Shown one piece after another: positions 51,403 to 62,258 of a stretch of 64,000 bases of DNA. Made by a program: the position numbers and the translations under genes. The stretch is from Aplysia californica. Taxonomy: Eukaryota. The stretch covers positions 1,222,489-1,286,488 of the forward strand of contig NW_004797279.1 of the NCBI RefSeq assembly GCF_000002075.1. The letters are read 5' to 3'. Every line of letters begins with the position of its first letter. Within the stretch, counting starts at the first letter, position 1. Under the pieces are notes generated by a model. It made no database searches and had not been told where the DNA came from. It worked only from the letters and a program-made list of their open reading frames with translations.

Positions 51403-51717
51403 TCCGTTGGTTCTATGATCAAAACTGTAACCGTAGATTCATGCTAACCATCTTTCTTTCAGACCACTAAACAAAGATAAGCTGGCTTATGTAGACCACA
51501 CGTTACCGTTTGTTTTTTGTGGGGGGTTTTTTGTTCTCCGTTGGTTCTATGATCAAAACTGTAACCGTAGATTCATGCTAACCATCTTTCTTTCAGACCA
51601 CTAAACAAAGATAAGCTGGCTTATGTAGACCACACGTTACCGTTTGTTTTTTGTGGGGGGTTTTTTGTTCTCCGTTGGTTCTATGATCAAAACTGTAACC
51701 GTAGATTCATGCTAACC
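51403..51717 (+). repeat. 134-bp tandem repeat (~2.3 visible units; ~2 units at 60646-60920)
   Basis: TCCGTTGGTTCTATGATC recurs at 51403, 51537 and 51671. Confidence 0.92.
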
Positions 51718-52743
51718 TGAATAAAAACTTCTCCGATATCACGTGGTCATTGAACTCTGTGTTCTCTATTATTCTTTGAATTTTGAGGTTTTGATGACTT
51801 TCCCGTAAAGGTAGATACAGATTCAAAGCAGACCAACAGAGGACTGGGAACAAACACATACTTCGTTCCCGAGGCTGCTTGTAATAATTACATTCTGTGT
51901 CACCGTTGTGAAATCCGGCGCTCGTCAAAATTATGAATTTGAAAAAACCGGCATTTTTTCACTCTTTGAGCCATATTATTATATTATAGTGTATCTTTTT
52001 AGCTCAACACTTTTTATGTCCACTTAAAACATTATTCCAGAATGAATTTTACTGAAACACGTTGATTGACAGCATAACACATGTAAATATATCACAGTTT
52101 ATAAGGGTACTGTGGTTTAAAAGTCAGAAAACTTTGGTGACCATTTCCACGATAATATAAACTCTGATACCAGCGACCCCACCCCTTTCAATCACAGTTA
52201 TACCGACTTCTATTAAAAAAGATGGGTATTTTCTTTTCTTATAAGAAAAGCAAAAGTAAAAAAAAAATTATATCAAAATATCTATATTATTTAGTCAAAA
52301 TAATGATGAGAACCTGATTCCACGGTTTCGCCAAACATACCACAGAAACATCCATACCACTGAACAAAGCACTGGTATTTCATGTAGGCATCACGTAGGC
52401 TTTTGTTCTCCGTTGGTGGTAGCTTAAGACCGAAATTAAAACTGTTTGTGAAGCAAAAGAATTCCACTTTTTCTTTGTGTCAATGAACTCTTGTGTTTTT
52501 CTGCTGTCTATTGTATTACGCTAATGTAAAACTATCTGTTTCTTTTACGTCGCAAGAGAGCGAAATTTATTACTGAAGAAAAAGAGAACAAAAGAAAAAA
52601 CTTGTGCAATGACCGAACATCACATGACAGGCTTAGATTAAAAGACACATTCATTCTCTCCACCTCCGTCCCGTTGTATGCTTCAAACGTATTAATGAGA
52701 CTGTGCCTGCATCCTGGTTTAATTTAGCCCTTCCCTCTCTGTT

Positions 52744-52787
52744 GTTTTCACTTTGGAGTAACTATATAGTTACTCCAAGGTTTTCAC
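52744..52787. mobile_element. 28-bp near-palindrome within an 8-bp direct repeat (transposon footprint or micro-element)
   Basis: GTTTTCAC-TTTGGAGTAACTATATAGTTACTCCAAG-GTTTTCAC; the central 26 bp are a perfect palindrome. Second copy at 61947-61990. Confidence 0.75.
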
Positions 52788-53534
52788 TAATAGCAAATCC
52801 TGCTAAGATAAAGGTCTGGAATTTGAATTTTCATTGAACATTGAAACTTCAAATAAAGAAACCTAAAACTATAAGAAATAGACTATCCACTTTTGTATAT
52901 TTTTGTCAATCTTCATTCTTAACATTTTTTCAATGGATTTTTCAAAGAGTCTTCCTGTTCTTGATATGCAGCCAATAAACTTTGCAAACAAGTCTTAAGA
53001 ACATGACGCTAGCTTTTCCAGAAAACGTTGAATTAAAAATAAAAATATCGTTCAAGGGGGGTTCTTTTACTGTTGATGTTTTGTTTTTGTTTTTGTTTTT
53101 GCTTTTTGAAATTAGGTTTTTGTGTTGTAGGCTTTTTTGGATTTGTTTTTTTGTTTGTTGGTTGTTGTTTCTAGGGGGGAGGGGGGGGTTCGTTAGCTTT
53201 TAAAAAATTGTTTTGTGTGTTTGGGGGGGGGGGTTATTTTGTTGATTATTTCTTCTGGAAATGGTGTTGAACGTTGCCTTGTCTAACGCCCACACAGCGC
53301 GGTACTCCCGTGATCCTTCAAGAAAAGTCAAATCTATTTTGTGCAGCTCTGCTGCTCTGGACGAGGGACGAAGACCAGATTTTTCTGATGCAGTTTCAGA
53401 CCTCACTTTTTCTGATAGGTCCTTTTTAAATTAGATGAAAAAACATTACCGTCATTTTCTCCCTTTATTTTTCATTTCTTTTTACTGACTTCAAGATATG
53501 CACACTCTTCCAGTTCAAAGATTGTTTCATTTGT

Positions 53535-54160
53535 AGCGTTCTGAAAATGTATAGGACAGCATCGGATACGTTCGTGTTACGCACGGTGGAATCTGTATCT
53601 ACAGGAAGAAGTTGCTTGGGTTAGCGATTCCTTCTGGGAAATAAGCCACAAGAAAAACTTTAGACATCTCCTCTAGCCGCTGCCAGCACCTGAGTCTGTC
53701 CCCACGTACGCCCCCAACCTTCTTGTGCCCTCTGCCACTCTCTGTGCCATGTCATCTTCTTTGGTGGGCATCGGTTCTTTTTCCTTTGCGAATTCAAGCA
53801 GTGTTCTGAAAATGTATATATCAGCATCTAATACACTTGAAAATAAAACTGTTTATGTCACGACACGGCAGAATCAGTATCTGTATGTACATGAGAAGTT
53901 ATTGGGGCCAGCGGTTCCGTCTGGGACATAAGCCGCTAACAAGACTTTAGATATCTCCCCGAACCTCCGCCAGCCTTACTGATACTGTCCCCACGTTCGC
54001 CCCACACTTCTTGTGCTCTCTGCAACCTCTCGGTTCCGTAAAGTGTTCTTTGGTCGGCCTCAGTTCTTTTTCCTTTGCCAATTCCAGCATACGACCTGCT
54101 TGTTGCATGATGCTGGCTGCTGGCTTCGTGAACGTGTCACCGATCTAGCGAATCTGTTCT
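53535..54160 (-). mobile_element. RTE LINE 3'-end remnant, present as two diverged tandem copies (~53535-53750 and ~53800-54160)
   Basis: Minus strand reads WN..GK...GRPKNTL...G.TWGQ...LVSGLCP (RTE 3' end). Both copies share GTTCTGAAAATGTATA ... CTGTCCCCACGT ... CTTCTTGTGC. Confidence 0.6.
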
Positions 54161-54846
54161 TTAAGGATTACACACAAAAAATAGAGCAATCTTGTTTCTA
54201 ATTAAAGACAAATTACCTGTGTGTGGGGGGTTGGGGGGTCATCCACATGTGGACTGTGGGTGATAGTAACCGCAACACACCCTTACTAGAAAGATCCATA
54301 AAACGCAAATTGACCCCCAATAATCGCGTACGACGCGCTCTATCTCCATGACGAGTCTCTTAGCTAGACAATAAAGAGCAAATTTGGAACAAAAGAAGGC
54401 AGCAACTACCCCACATATCCCTTAACAAAACATCACAACAATCAATAACAGCAAATAAAATGGTTGCATGTTTGGTATACCTCGAACGACGTACAAACAA
54501 GATAAAATCGCTTGAAGATGAACAAAGAAAAAATCAGTAATGCTATTGCCATTATATAAAGTCTGCGTAACGAGACAAGTGCGGAGAGCACTTGCGAGTG
54601 CTCGTTCTGGTGCAATCATTGCGACAGTAGCCAAAGTCAGACAAATCTGGGTAGTTGTAAATCACTGAGAACTCATGGAAATTGCCCGTGACACAAAATT
54701 TGCAAAATAACTGTAATTTCATTTGCGTCAGCTGTTTTCCGGCGCGCTCTCAGCTCCATTGGTCACGTAATTGACATAAATGTGGCAGATTGACTTCGGA
54801 TTCAGAGGGTTTTTCCTTGTCGTACGTGTGTTCACTGTTTTAAGCC

Positions 54847-54940
54847 AAGAAGAAGAAGAAGAAGAAGAAGAAGAAGAAGAAGAAGAAGAAGAAGAAGAAG
54901 AAGAAGAAGAAGAAGAAGAAGAAGAAGAAGAAGAAGAAGA
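54847..54940 (+). repeat. Pure (GAA)~31 microsatellite
   Basis: Direct reading; further (GAA)n at 51250-51302 and 56081-56147, both abutting gaps. Confidence 0.95.
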
Positions 54941-54946
54941 ACTCAC

Positions 54947-55122
54947 GCGATAAAGTTGAGCATGACGGTGTTGGAGACAAAGATGGTGACCAGGAAAGAC
55001 ACCTTCTCCCCTGAGTCGGGCGGGATCCAGAAGACGAGGGAGACCATGATAGACATAACGGCAGTGGGGACCATCACGCACAGTATGTAGAAGAGGTGGC
55101 GACGGTGGAGGGTGACTTCGCA
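54947..55122 (-). CDS. Internal exon of a Cys-loop ligand-gated ion channel (nAChR-like) encoding pre-M1, M1 and M2
   Basis: Translates CEVTLHRRHLFYILCVMVPTAVMSIMVSLVFWIPPDSGEKVSFLVTIFVSNTVMLNFI(A), matching the nAChR pattern RRxLFY...P...LVFxLPxDSGEK. Bounded by acceptor ..CACCAG and donor GTGAGT on the minus strand. 176 bp, phase 0 start, phase 2 end. Other exons not identified (adjacent ~0.9-kb N gap). Confidence 0.87.
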
Positions 55123-56351
55123 CTGGTGCAGTGTTTGGTTTGGTGGGTGGTGGATTGGGGTGGCCNNNNNNNNNNNNNNNNNNNNNNNNNNNNNNNNNNN
55201 NNNNNNNNNNNNNNNNNNNNNNNNNNNNNNNNNNNNNNNNNNNNNNNNNNNNNNNNNNNNNNNNNNNNNNNNNNNNNNNNNNNNNNNNNNNNNNNNNNNN
55301 NNNNNNNNNNNNNNNNNNNNNNNNNNNNNNNNNNNNNNNNNNNNNNNNNNNNNNNNNNNNNNNNNNNNNNNNNNNNNNNNNNNNNNNNNNNNNNNNNNNN
55401 NNNNNNNNNNNNNNNNNNNNNNNNNNNNNNNNNNNNNNNNNNNNNNNNNNNNNNNNNNNNNNNNNNNNNNNNNNNNNNNNNNNNNNNNNNNNNNNNNNNN
55501 NNNNNNNNNNNNNNNNNNNNNNNNNNNNNNNNNNNNNNNNNNNNNNNNNNNNNNNNNNNNNNNNNNNNNNNNNNNNNNNNNNNNNNNNNNNNNNNNNNNN
55601 NNNNNNNNNNNNNNNNNNNNNNNNNNNNNNNNNNNNNNNNNNNNNNNNNNNNNNNNNNNNNNNNNNNNNNNNNNNNNNNNNNNNNNNNNNNNNNNNNNNN
55701 NNNNNNNNNNNNNNNNNNNNNNNNNNNNNNNNNNNNNNNNNNNNNNNNNNNNNNNNNNNNNNNNNNNNNNNNNNNNNNNNNNNNNNNNNNNNNNNNNNNN
55801 NNNNNNNNNNNNNNNNNNNNNNNNNNNNNNNNNNNNNNNNNNNNNNNNNNNNNNNNNNNNNNNNNNNNNNNNNNNNNNNNNNNNNNNNNNNNNNNNNNNN
55901 NNNNNNNNNNNNNNNNNNNNNNNNNNNNNNNNNNNNNNNNNNNNNNNNNNNNNNNNNNNNNNNNNNNNNNNNNNNNNNNNNNNNNNNNNNNNNNNNNNNN
56001 NNNNNNNNNNNNNNNNNNNNNNNNNNNNNNNNNNNNNNNNNNNNNNNNNNNNNNNNNNNNNNNNNNNNNNNNNNNNNNNNAGAAGAAGAAGAAGAAGAAG
56101 AAGAAGAAGAAGAAGAAGAAGAAGAAGAAGAAGGAGAAGAAGAAGAAGTCTGGCAAACACGCATTGTTATTCTTTATGACCACCTGCTCATTAATGCTCT
56201 GCTCAAAATTTGAAACGAATTAAATGTAAGTGTTTTATGCCCTTTCAACATAGTTTGGATCATCCAGGAGGCGGGCTCTATTACCCTGCCTGTCAGATAT
56301 GAAAATAATTGAAAGTTCAAGCAAAAACACCGTGGTACACGATACACATTT

Positions 56352-56418
56352 ATTTCCGCTCAGAAATTGAACTCGGATCCTCTGTGTGCAACAACGAAGC
56401 GCCAAACCGATACACTAA
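56352..56418 (-). mobile_element. tRNA-like SINE head, family C
   Basis: Homologous to 39965-40032; degenerate A and B boxes on the minus strand. Confidence 0.55.
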
Positions 56419-57799
56419 GGACCTAGGTGCTCACACTGAGAATGTATCTGAAACATGGTATGTATAATGTGTATAGTCTGTTTTACGTCTTACTATGGTC
56501 TTTGTAAAACCAACAGTTAAAAGCGAGAGCATAATAATATCGTCGGCCTGTTTTTCAGATGTACGAAGGCCAACGATTAGAAAAAAAAGAAGAAGAAATG
56601 AGTGCAGTTTTTGTGTCAGTGGTATTATTTGCATATAATGCTCGAAAATCTTTTTGTAGAAATGCAAATTCTATATTATGCTGAACAAAAAAGTCAACAA
56701 AAGTTATGGCATTTATTTCCAGCATACGTGAGGCGACATTTCTCTGTACACCCTTTTTCTCCCCTCAAGTTTTAATCTAGGCATTGTAGTCTTCCTGAGA
56801 CAGAGAACAGTTAAACAAACGAGAACAGTTTTTTTAATTAGTTTGTTGGCATGTTCTGTGATCTTGTTGTTTTGGGGGGGTTTTTGGTTTTGGTTTATTT
56901 TCAAACGAAGTGCACCGTGTTAACCTCGTTTAGAATCTGAAAAAGAATGAGAAAACAAATTGTAAAACAATAAACCTATTCCTAGGGATAGACTTTCAAA
57001 CTGAGGATATCATCTAAAACCTTAACCTTCCATTAGTGTATGCTTAAAAAGATGTGTAAGATTAGCTTCAGAAATTACCGATGCTATTAATACTAAGAAA
57101 ACACCATGTCAGCATAAAATTTGACACTTTGCCTAGATATTGCATTTCCAATTAATTTTACATCACAGGAATTACTTTAAAGCACTAATGAATTATTCAT
57201 GCCCCGAAGAACTCCACAAGTACTAAAAATAAAAACGAACATTCTGCACTGACAACTTGCTGTTTTTTTACAGGTACAATTGAAATTGCTTGTCTTGGTT
57301 TTTGTTTATTTTTCTTTTCTCTTTAAGACTTGATATTTTTTCGCTTCAGATTGAAGTTAGACTATAAAAAAGTCCAAGATGTTCATATTCATACACTGCA
57401 TTGACGTGCACGTTAAAAAAAGGAAGCTAGATTCCGTAAATTAGTCTAGTCAGTCGAGAAAACCCGCCTACATCTGACACGATCAGACTCTGCCGCGGAA
57501 CTTGGGTGTCCGAAACACGAGCTTAGCCTTTCATCTTCCTGTCACTCACGTGGTATGAGTACTGTGCTTTGTTAACCGCAATCACCAACTACTGTCTATG
57601 TAAAATGATAGTGAAAAGAATGTTTCACTTTAACAAGAAGCTAGAGATTTCATTTTGCAATATAAGGGCAACTGGCAAAGTTGCTGTATAGAATTAATGG
57701 ATCTGGTGATGTTTGTGTTGCACAATCCTTATGATCGAGAACGTCATAATTTTTAAAAGATGGTATTTGAATTAAACGAAATACACTAGTGTGTATATT

Positions 57800-58048
57800 A
57801 GTGCCGAAGACAAGATTGCTCTATCAGACATGGTATTGGAGACGAACTGGAAAAAGAAAACGAGGAAGACCACCTGGAAGCTATCGAGGCACAATAAGGA
57901 ATAAGGCAATCACCCAGGGTCTGGATATTTCGAGATTTAGAGCACGTTGCCAGGGACAAGCAAAAGTGGCGTCGACTGCTCTCCGCCTTATGTACCTGAC
58001 AGTATAGGGCAAGAGTAAGTAAGAAAGTAAGTAAGTGAGAAAGTGAGA

Positions 58049-58089
<41 letters not shown>

Positions 58090-58127
58090 TGTAAGTAAGT
58101 ATGTAAGTGGGTAGGTAGGTAGGTAGG

Positions 58128-58177
<50 letters not shown>
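57800..58177 (+). mobile_element. RTE LINE 3' end with expanded (TAAG)n tail
   Basis: W...GKRKRGRPP.SYR.TI motif followed directly by a (TAAG)n/(TAGG)n array at 58014-58177 that runs into a gap. Confidence 0.7.
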
Positions 58178-58959
58178 NNNNNNNNNNNNNNNNNNNNNNN
58201 NNNNNNNNNNNNNNNNNNNNNNNNNNNNNNNNNNNNNNNNNNNNNNNNNNNNNNNNNNNNNNNNNNNNNNNNNNNNNNNNNNNNNNNNNNNNNNNNNNNN
58301 NNNNNNNNNNNNNNNNNNNNNNNNNNNNNNNNNNNNNNNNNNNNNNNNNNNNNNNNNNNNNNNNNNNNNNNNNNNNNNNNNNNNNNNNNNNNNNNNNNNN
58401 NNNNNNNNNNNNNNNNNNNNNNNNNNNNNNNNNNNNNNNNNNNNNNNNNNNNNNNNNNNNNNNNNNNNNNNNNNNNNNNNNNNNNNNNNNNNNNNNNNNN
58501 NNNNNNNNNNNNNNNNNNNNNNNNNNNNNNNNNNNNNNNNNNNNNNNNNNNNNNNNNNNNNNNNNNNNNNNNNNNNNNNNGGGGGGGGGGTTAATAGAGG
58601 GGAAAAAAAACTGCAAATAAGATATCAGTTGTTTTCTATTTTGCCAAGTTTCGAGAATTGACAGTGTGGTGATACGATGCTAAATATTTTAACTGAACGC
58701 ACAGTATGTAAGGTAACTGGGCTATTGCAAACAAAACATTATAAAAACATAAAGATACCTGCGTTCCGCTGCCTGCATGAAACAACAGAATCCGAGTCTT
58801 GACAGATGATTGAAGAGAGGCAAAAGAAGCATAGAAGTGGGAGTGATGGATATTTTGTCGATGAGAAATATTGCAAATAGGATTATAGTAGCCTAGCCCA
58901 CCGCCTGCCCAGTTACCAGGACTAACCCATGTCCACATGACGCTAATGGCTATATAAAT

Positions 58960-59200
58960 ATCACGTGAACCCTAGTTGACACTTCATTAACAGAAATCAG
59001 ATCGCAACATAACGGCTATGATAGCGTCCCGTCATCTGGACAATTATGGGAGATTGGAATATTATAATGCGATCACACCAGACGGCGGCATATGAACAGA
59101 AGTCAATGGGAAATAGGATCTAAGAACGAGCCTTGTTGGCGTTATGCTATGTGATAATATTATTCTGAAACAATGCTGACAATATTTTTATATGATATTC
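58960..59200 (-). mobile_element. Highly decayed LINE RT remnant
   Basis: Minus strand has QQGSFLDPI (PQGSxLgP-like) followed about 80 bp later by CPDDGT (YADD-like). Confidence 0.33.
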
Positions 59201-59726
59201 CAAATCAATGCTCTCCATTATGGACAACAATATCGTATTCTAATCAATACTCACCAACCTGGGCTTTTCACAATACTGCCCTTCATCTCAACAGAAAAGT
59301 ACGGTAATTGTCAACTTTCCGATGATTGCCCGGGGGTTTTTTTCGCACTAACTCGCTTTTTTGCGTGGGTGGAGAGAGCATTTTGTTCGCATTTTGTTAA
59401 CTCTTTAGTCATATGACGTACACATAATATCCGAACGGCATGAAACCAAAGGAAATGTTTGGGTATAAAAATTCCAGGCTATCATACACAAATCAGAAAC
59501 ACACGTTTGCATTATTATATTGTGTCTCGTTGTTCCTTACCTTTTCAATTTCTGACAAGGCAAATATTTTTTATTGAAATTGTACTACGTATGAAGGATG
59601 AGAATAAATCTACTAGTGGGAGAATTGGTAGTGTTAATGGGTAGCGGGAAACACCCGGGTAGAGGCAGGCCGTATTGTTGAGTCCTTTTGATTTGTGTAG
59701 GTAGCAGGACCAATGTTTTAGTCTCT

Positions 59727-59785
59727 TTAAAGGTGGCAAAAAAGGCTGCTGGTCATTAAAAGGTTGAAAAGCACGGTTCTAGAGA
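59727..59785. mobile_element. Right end of a hAT (Charlie-like) MITE
   Basis: AAAGGTGGCAAA...AAAAGGTTGAAAAGCACGG followed by TTCTAGAG parallels 23053-23106. Confidence 0.4.
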
Positions 59786-60645
59786 GAACGTTTTCTACGT
59801 ATGTCTTTGTGCAAGTGTGTGCAAGTGTGAGTGGGCGGGTTGCTGTGTCTGCGTGTGTATTTGTGTGTGTAGATGTAGGGTAGGGGAGGGAGTAGAAGTA
59901 TTCAAGCAACAGGAGGATCGTGCGGCAGTTGGAAAAAAATAATAATTCATAGTACTCCTCGCTCGAACAGCTTGCAATTCTTCAAAACCGGCAGAAAGGA
60001 TAGAGTCTAATTTAAGTGCATGTGTTTAAAAGCCGTTTTAGCACAATTAAGCTATATAAAAGAAAGGACCTACGAATTTCACCACCATCAATTTAGACTG
60101 AGGTGAATGGGTTGACAGTTTTACAAACAAAGACCCAAATTCAAGAAACCTCCAGTCTGATGCTCGATCAAGGGCGATTCTCGCAAGATGTTTAACTAGC
60201 GGAATTAATGGAGCTTACACAGAAAGGGTTCATCAGGGCACGTGATATGACCATAAAGTAAAAGACACGGAAACTCAAGTGATAATATTAATGAATCACA
60301 AGTAACATAAATTGTCTGCTTTGATAAGATGAATATTTATGTTATTTTCTCATTAAAAATGGCTTCTGCGTAGCCGTGCTTTTAAGTTTACAAAAATTAC
60401 CTCTAGAACTCAAATTAGTGACAGGACTGGGTTGTATGATATTCCTCTAGTTGAAGTTATGAATAACAAAAATCAGACCGAGCTATTTGCTTTTGGTTGA
60501 TGTCGGGTTTTTTTAAATTTGATGTTAGATCGAGTAAGGATAATAAGTATTCAGATTATGTCTAGTAATCCTATCAGTTACTGTAAGAATGCAATTACTC
60601 TTCTCTAAATATCGCTGTGTCTACAGCTTTTCCCCTCGCACGTAC

Positions 60646-62258
60646 TCTTTCAGACCACTAAACAAAGATAAGCTGGCTTATGTAGACCACACGTTACCGT
60701 TTGTTTTGTGTGTGTGTGTGGGGGGGGGGGGGGTTGTTCTCCGTTGGTTCTATGATCAAAACTGTAACCGTAGATTCATGCTAACCATCTTTCTTTCAGA
60801 CCACTAAACAAAGATAAGCTGGCTTATGTAGACCACACGTTACCGTTTGTTTTTTGTGGGGGGTTTTTTGTTCTCCGTTGGTTCTATGATCAAAACTGTA
60901 ACCGTAGATTCATGCTAACCTGAATAAAAACTTCTCCGATATCACGTGGTCATTGAACTCTGTGTTCTCTATTATTCTTTGAATTTTGAGGTTTTGATGA
61001 CTTTCCCGTAAAGGTAGATACAGATTCAAAGCAGACCAACAGAGGACTGGGAACAAACACATACTTCGTTCCCGAGGCTGCTTGTAATAATTACATTCTG
61101 TGTCACCGTTGTGAAATCCGGCGCTCGTCAAAATTATGAATTTGAAAAAACCGGCATTTTTTCACTCTTTGAGCCATATTATTATATTATAGTGTATCTT
61201 TTTAGCTCAACACTTTTTATGTCCACTTAAAACATTATTCCAGAATGAATTTTACTGAAACACGTTGATTGACAGCATAACACATGTAAATATATCACAG
61301 TTTATAAGGGTACTGTGGTTTAAAAGTCAGAAAACTTTGGTGACCATTTCCACGATAATATAAACTCTGATACCAGCGACCCCACCCCTTTCAATCACAG
61401 TTATACCGACTTCTATTAAAAAAGATGGGTATTTTCTTTTCTTATAAGAAAAGCAAAAGTAAAAAAAAAATTATATCAAAATATCTATATTATTTAGTCA
61501 AAATAATGATGAGAACCTGATTCCACGGTTTCGCCAAACATACCACAGAAACATCCATACCACTGAACAAAGCACTGGTATTTCATGTAGGCATCACGTA
61601 GGCTTTTGTTCTCCGTTGGTGGTAGCTTAAGACCGAAATTAAAACTGTTTGTGAAGCAAAAGAATTCCACTTTTTCTTTGTGTCAATGAACTCTTGTGTT
61701 TTTCTGCTGTCTATTGTATTACGCTAATGTAAAACTATCTGTTTCTTTTACGTCGCAAGAGAGCGAAATTTATTACTGAAGAAAAAGAGAACAAAAGAAA
61801 AAACTTGTGCAATGACCGAACATCACATGACAGGCTTAGATTAAAAGACACATTCATTCTCTCCACCTCCGTCCCGTTGTATGCTTCAAACGTATTAATG
61901 AGACTGTGCCTGCATCCTGGTTTAATTTAGCCCTTCCCTCTCTGTTGTTTTCACTTTGGAGTAACTATATAGTTACTCCAAGGTTTTCACTAATAGCAAA
62001 TCCTGCTAAGATAAAGGTCTGGAATTTGAATTTTCATTGAACATTGAAACTTCAAATAAAGAAACCTAAAACTATAAGAAATAGACTATCCACTTTTGTA
62101 TATTTTTGTCAATCTTCATTCTTAACATTTTTTCAATGGATTTTTCAAAGAGTCTTCCTGTTCTTGATATGCAGCCAATAAACTTTGCAAACAAGTCTTA
62201 AGAACATGACGCTAGCTTTTCCAGAAATCGTGAATAAAAATAAAAATATCGTTCAAGG
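60646..62258 (+). repeat. ~1.6-kb direct duplication, copy 2
   Basis: See copy 1. Differences seen only in one tandem unit (GT/G-run) and in the last ~30 bp. Confidence 0.95.

Larger units (their letters stand above)
51403..53056 (+). repeat. ~1.6-kb direct duplication, copy 1
   Basis: Essentially identical to 60646-62258 at offset 9203 (identical 73-aa ORFs at 51707 and 60910); begins at the edge of a 100-N gap. Confidence 0.95.

Noticed and set aside
51403-51717. Regularly spaced repeats suggesting a CRISPR array
   Set aside because: The whole 134-bp units repeat with no unique spacers, the context is eukaryotic, and there are no cas genes.
53200-53540. Possible downstream (M4-containing) exon of the channel: minus-strand ..RAVWALDKATF and acceptor-like TTTTCAG
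   Set aside because: No hydrophobic helix follows, the frames from the acceptor hit stops, and the acceptor-like motif is part of a local tandem duplication.
54728-56223. Long ORFs of 355-478 aa in the ORF track (likewise at 37420-38117, 41882-42388 and 57798-58616)
   Set aside because: Artefacts of N runs and simple repeats; only the 176-bp exon is supported.
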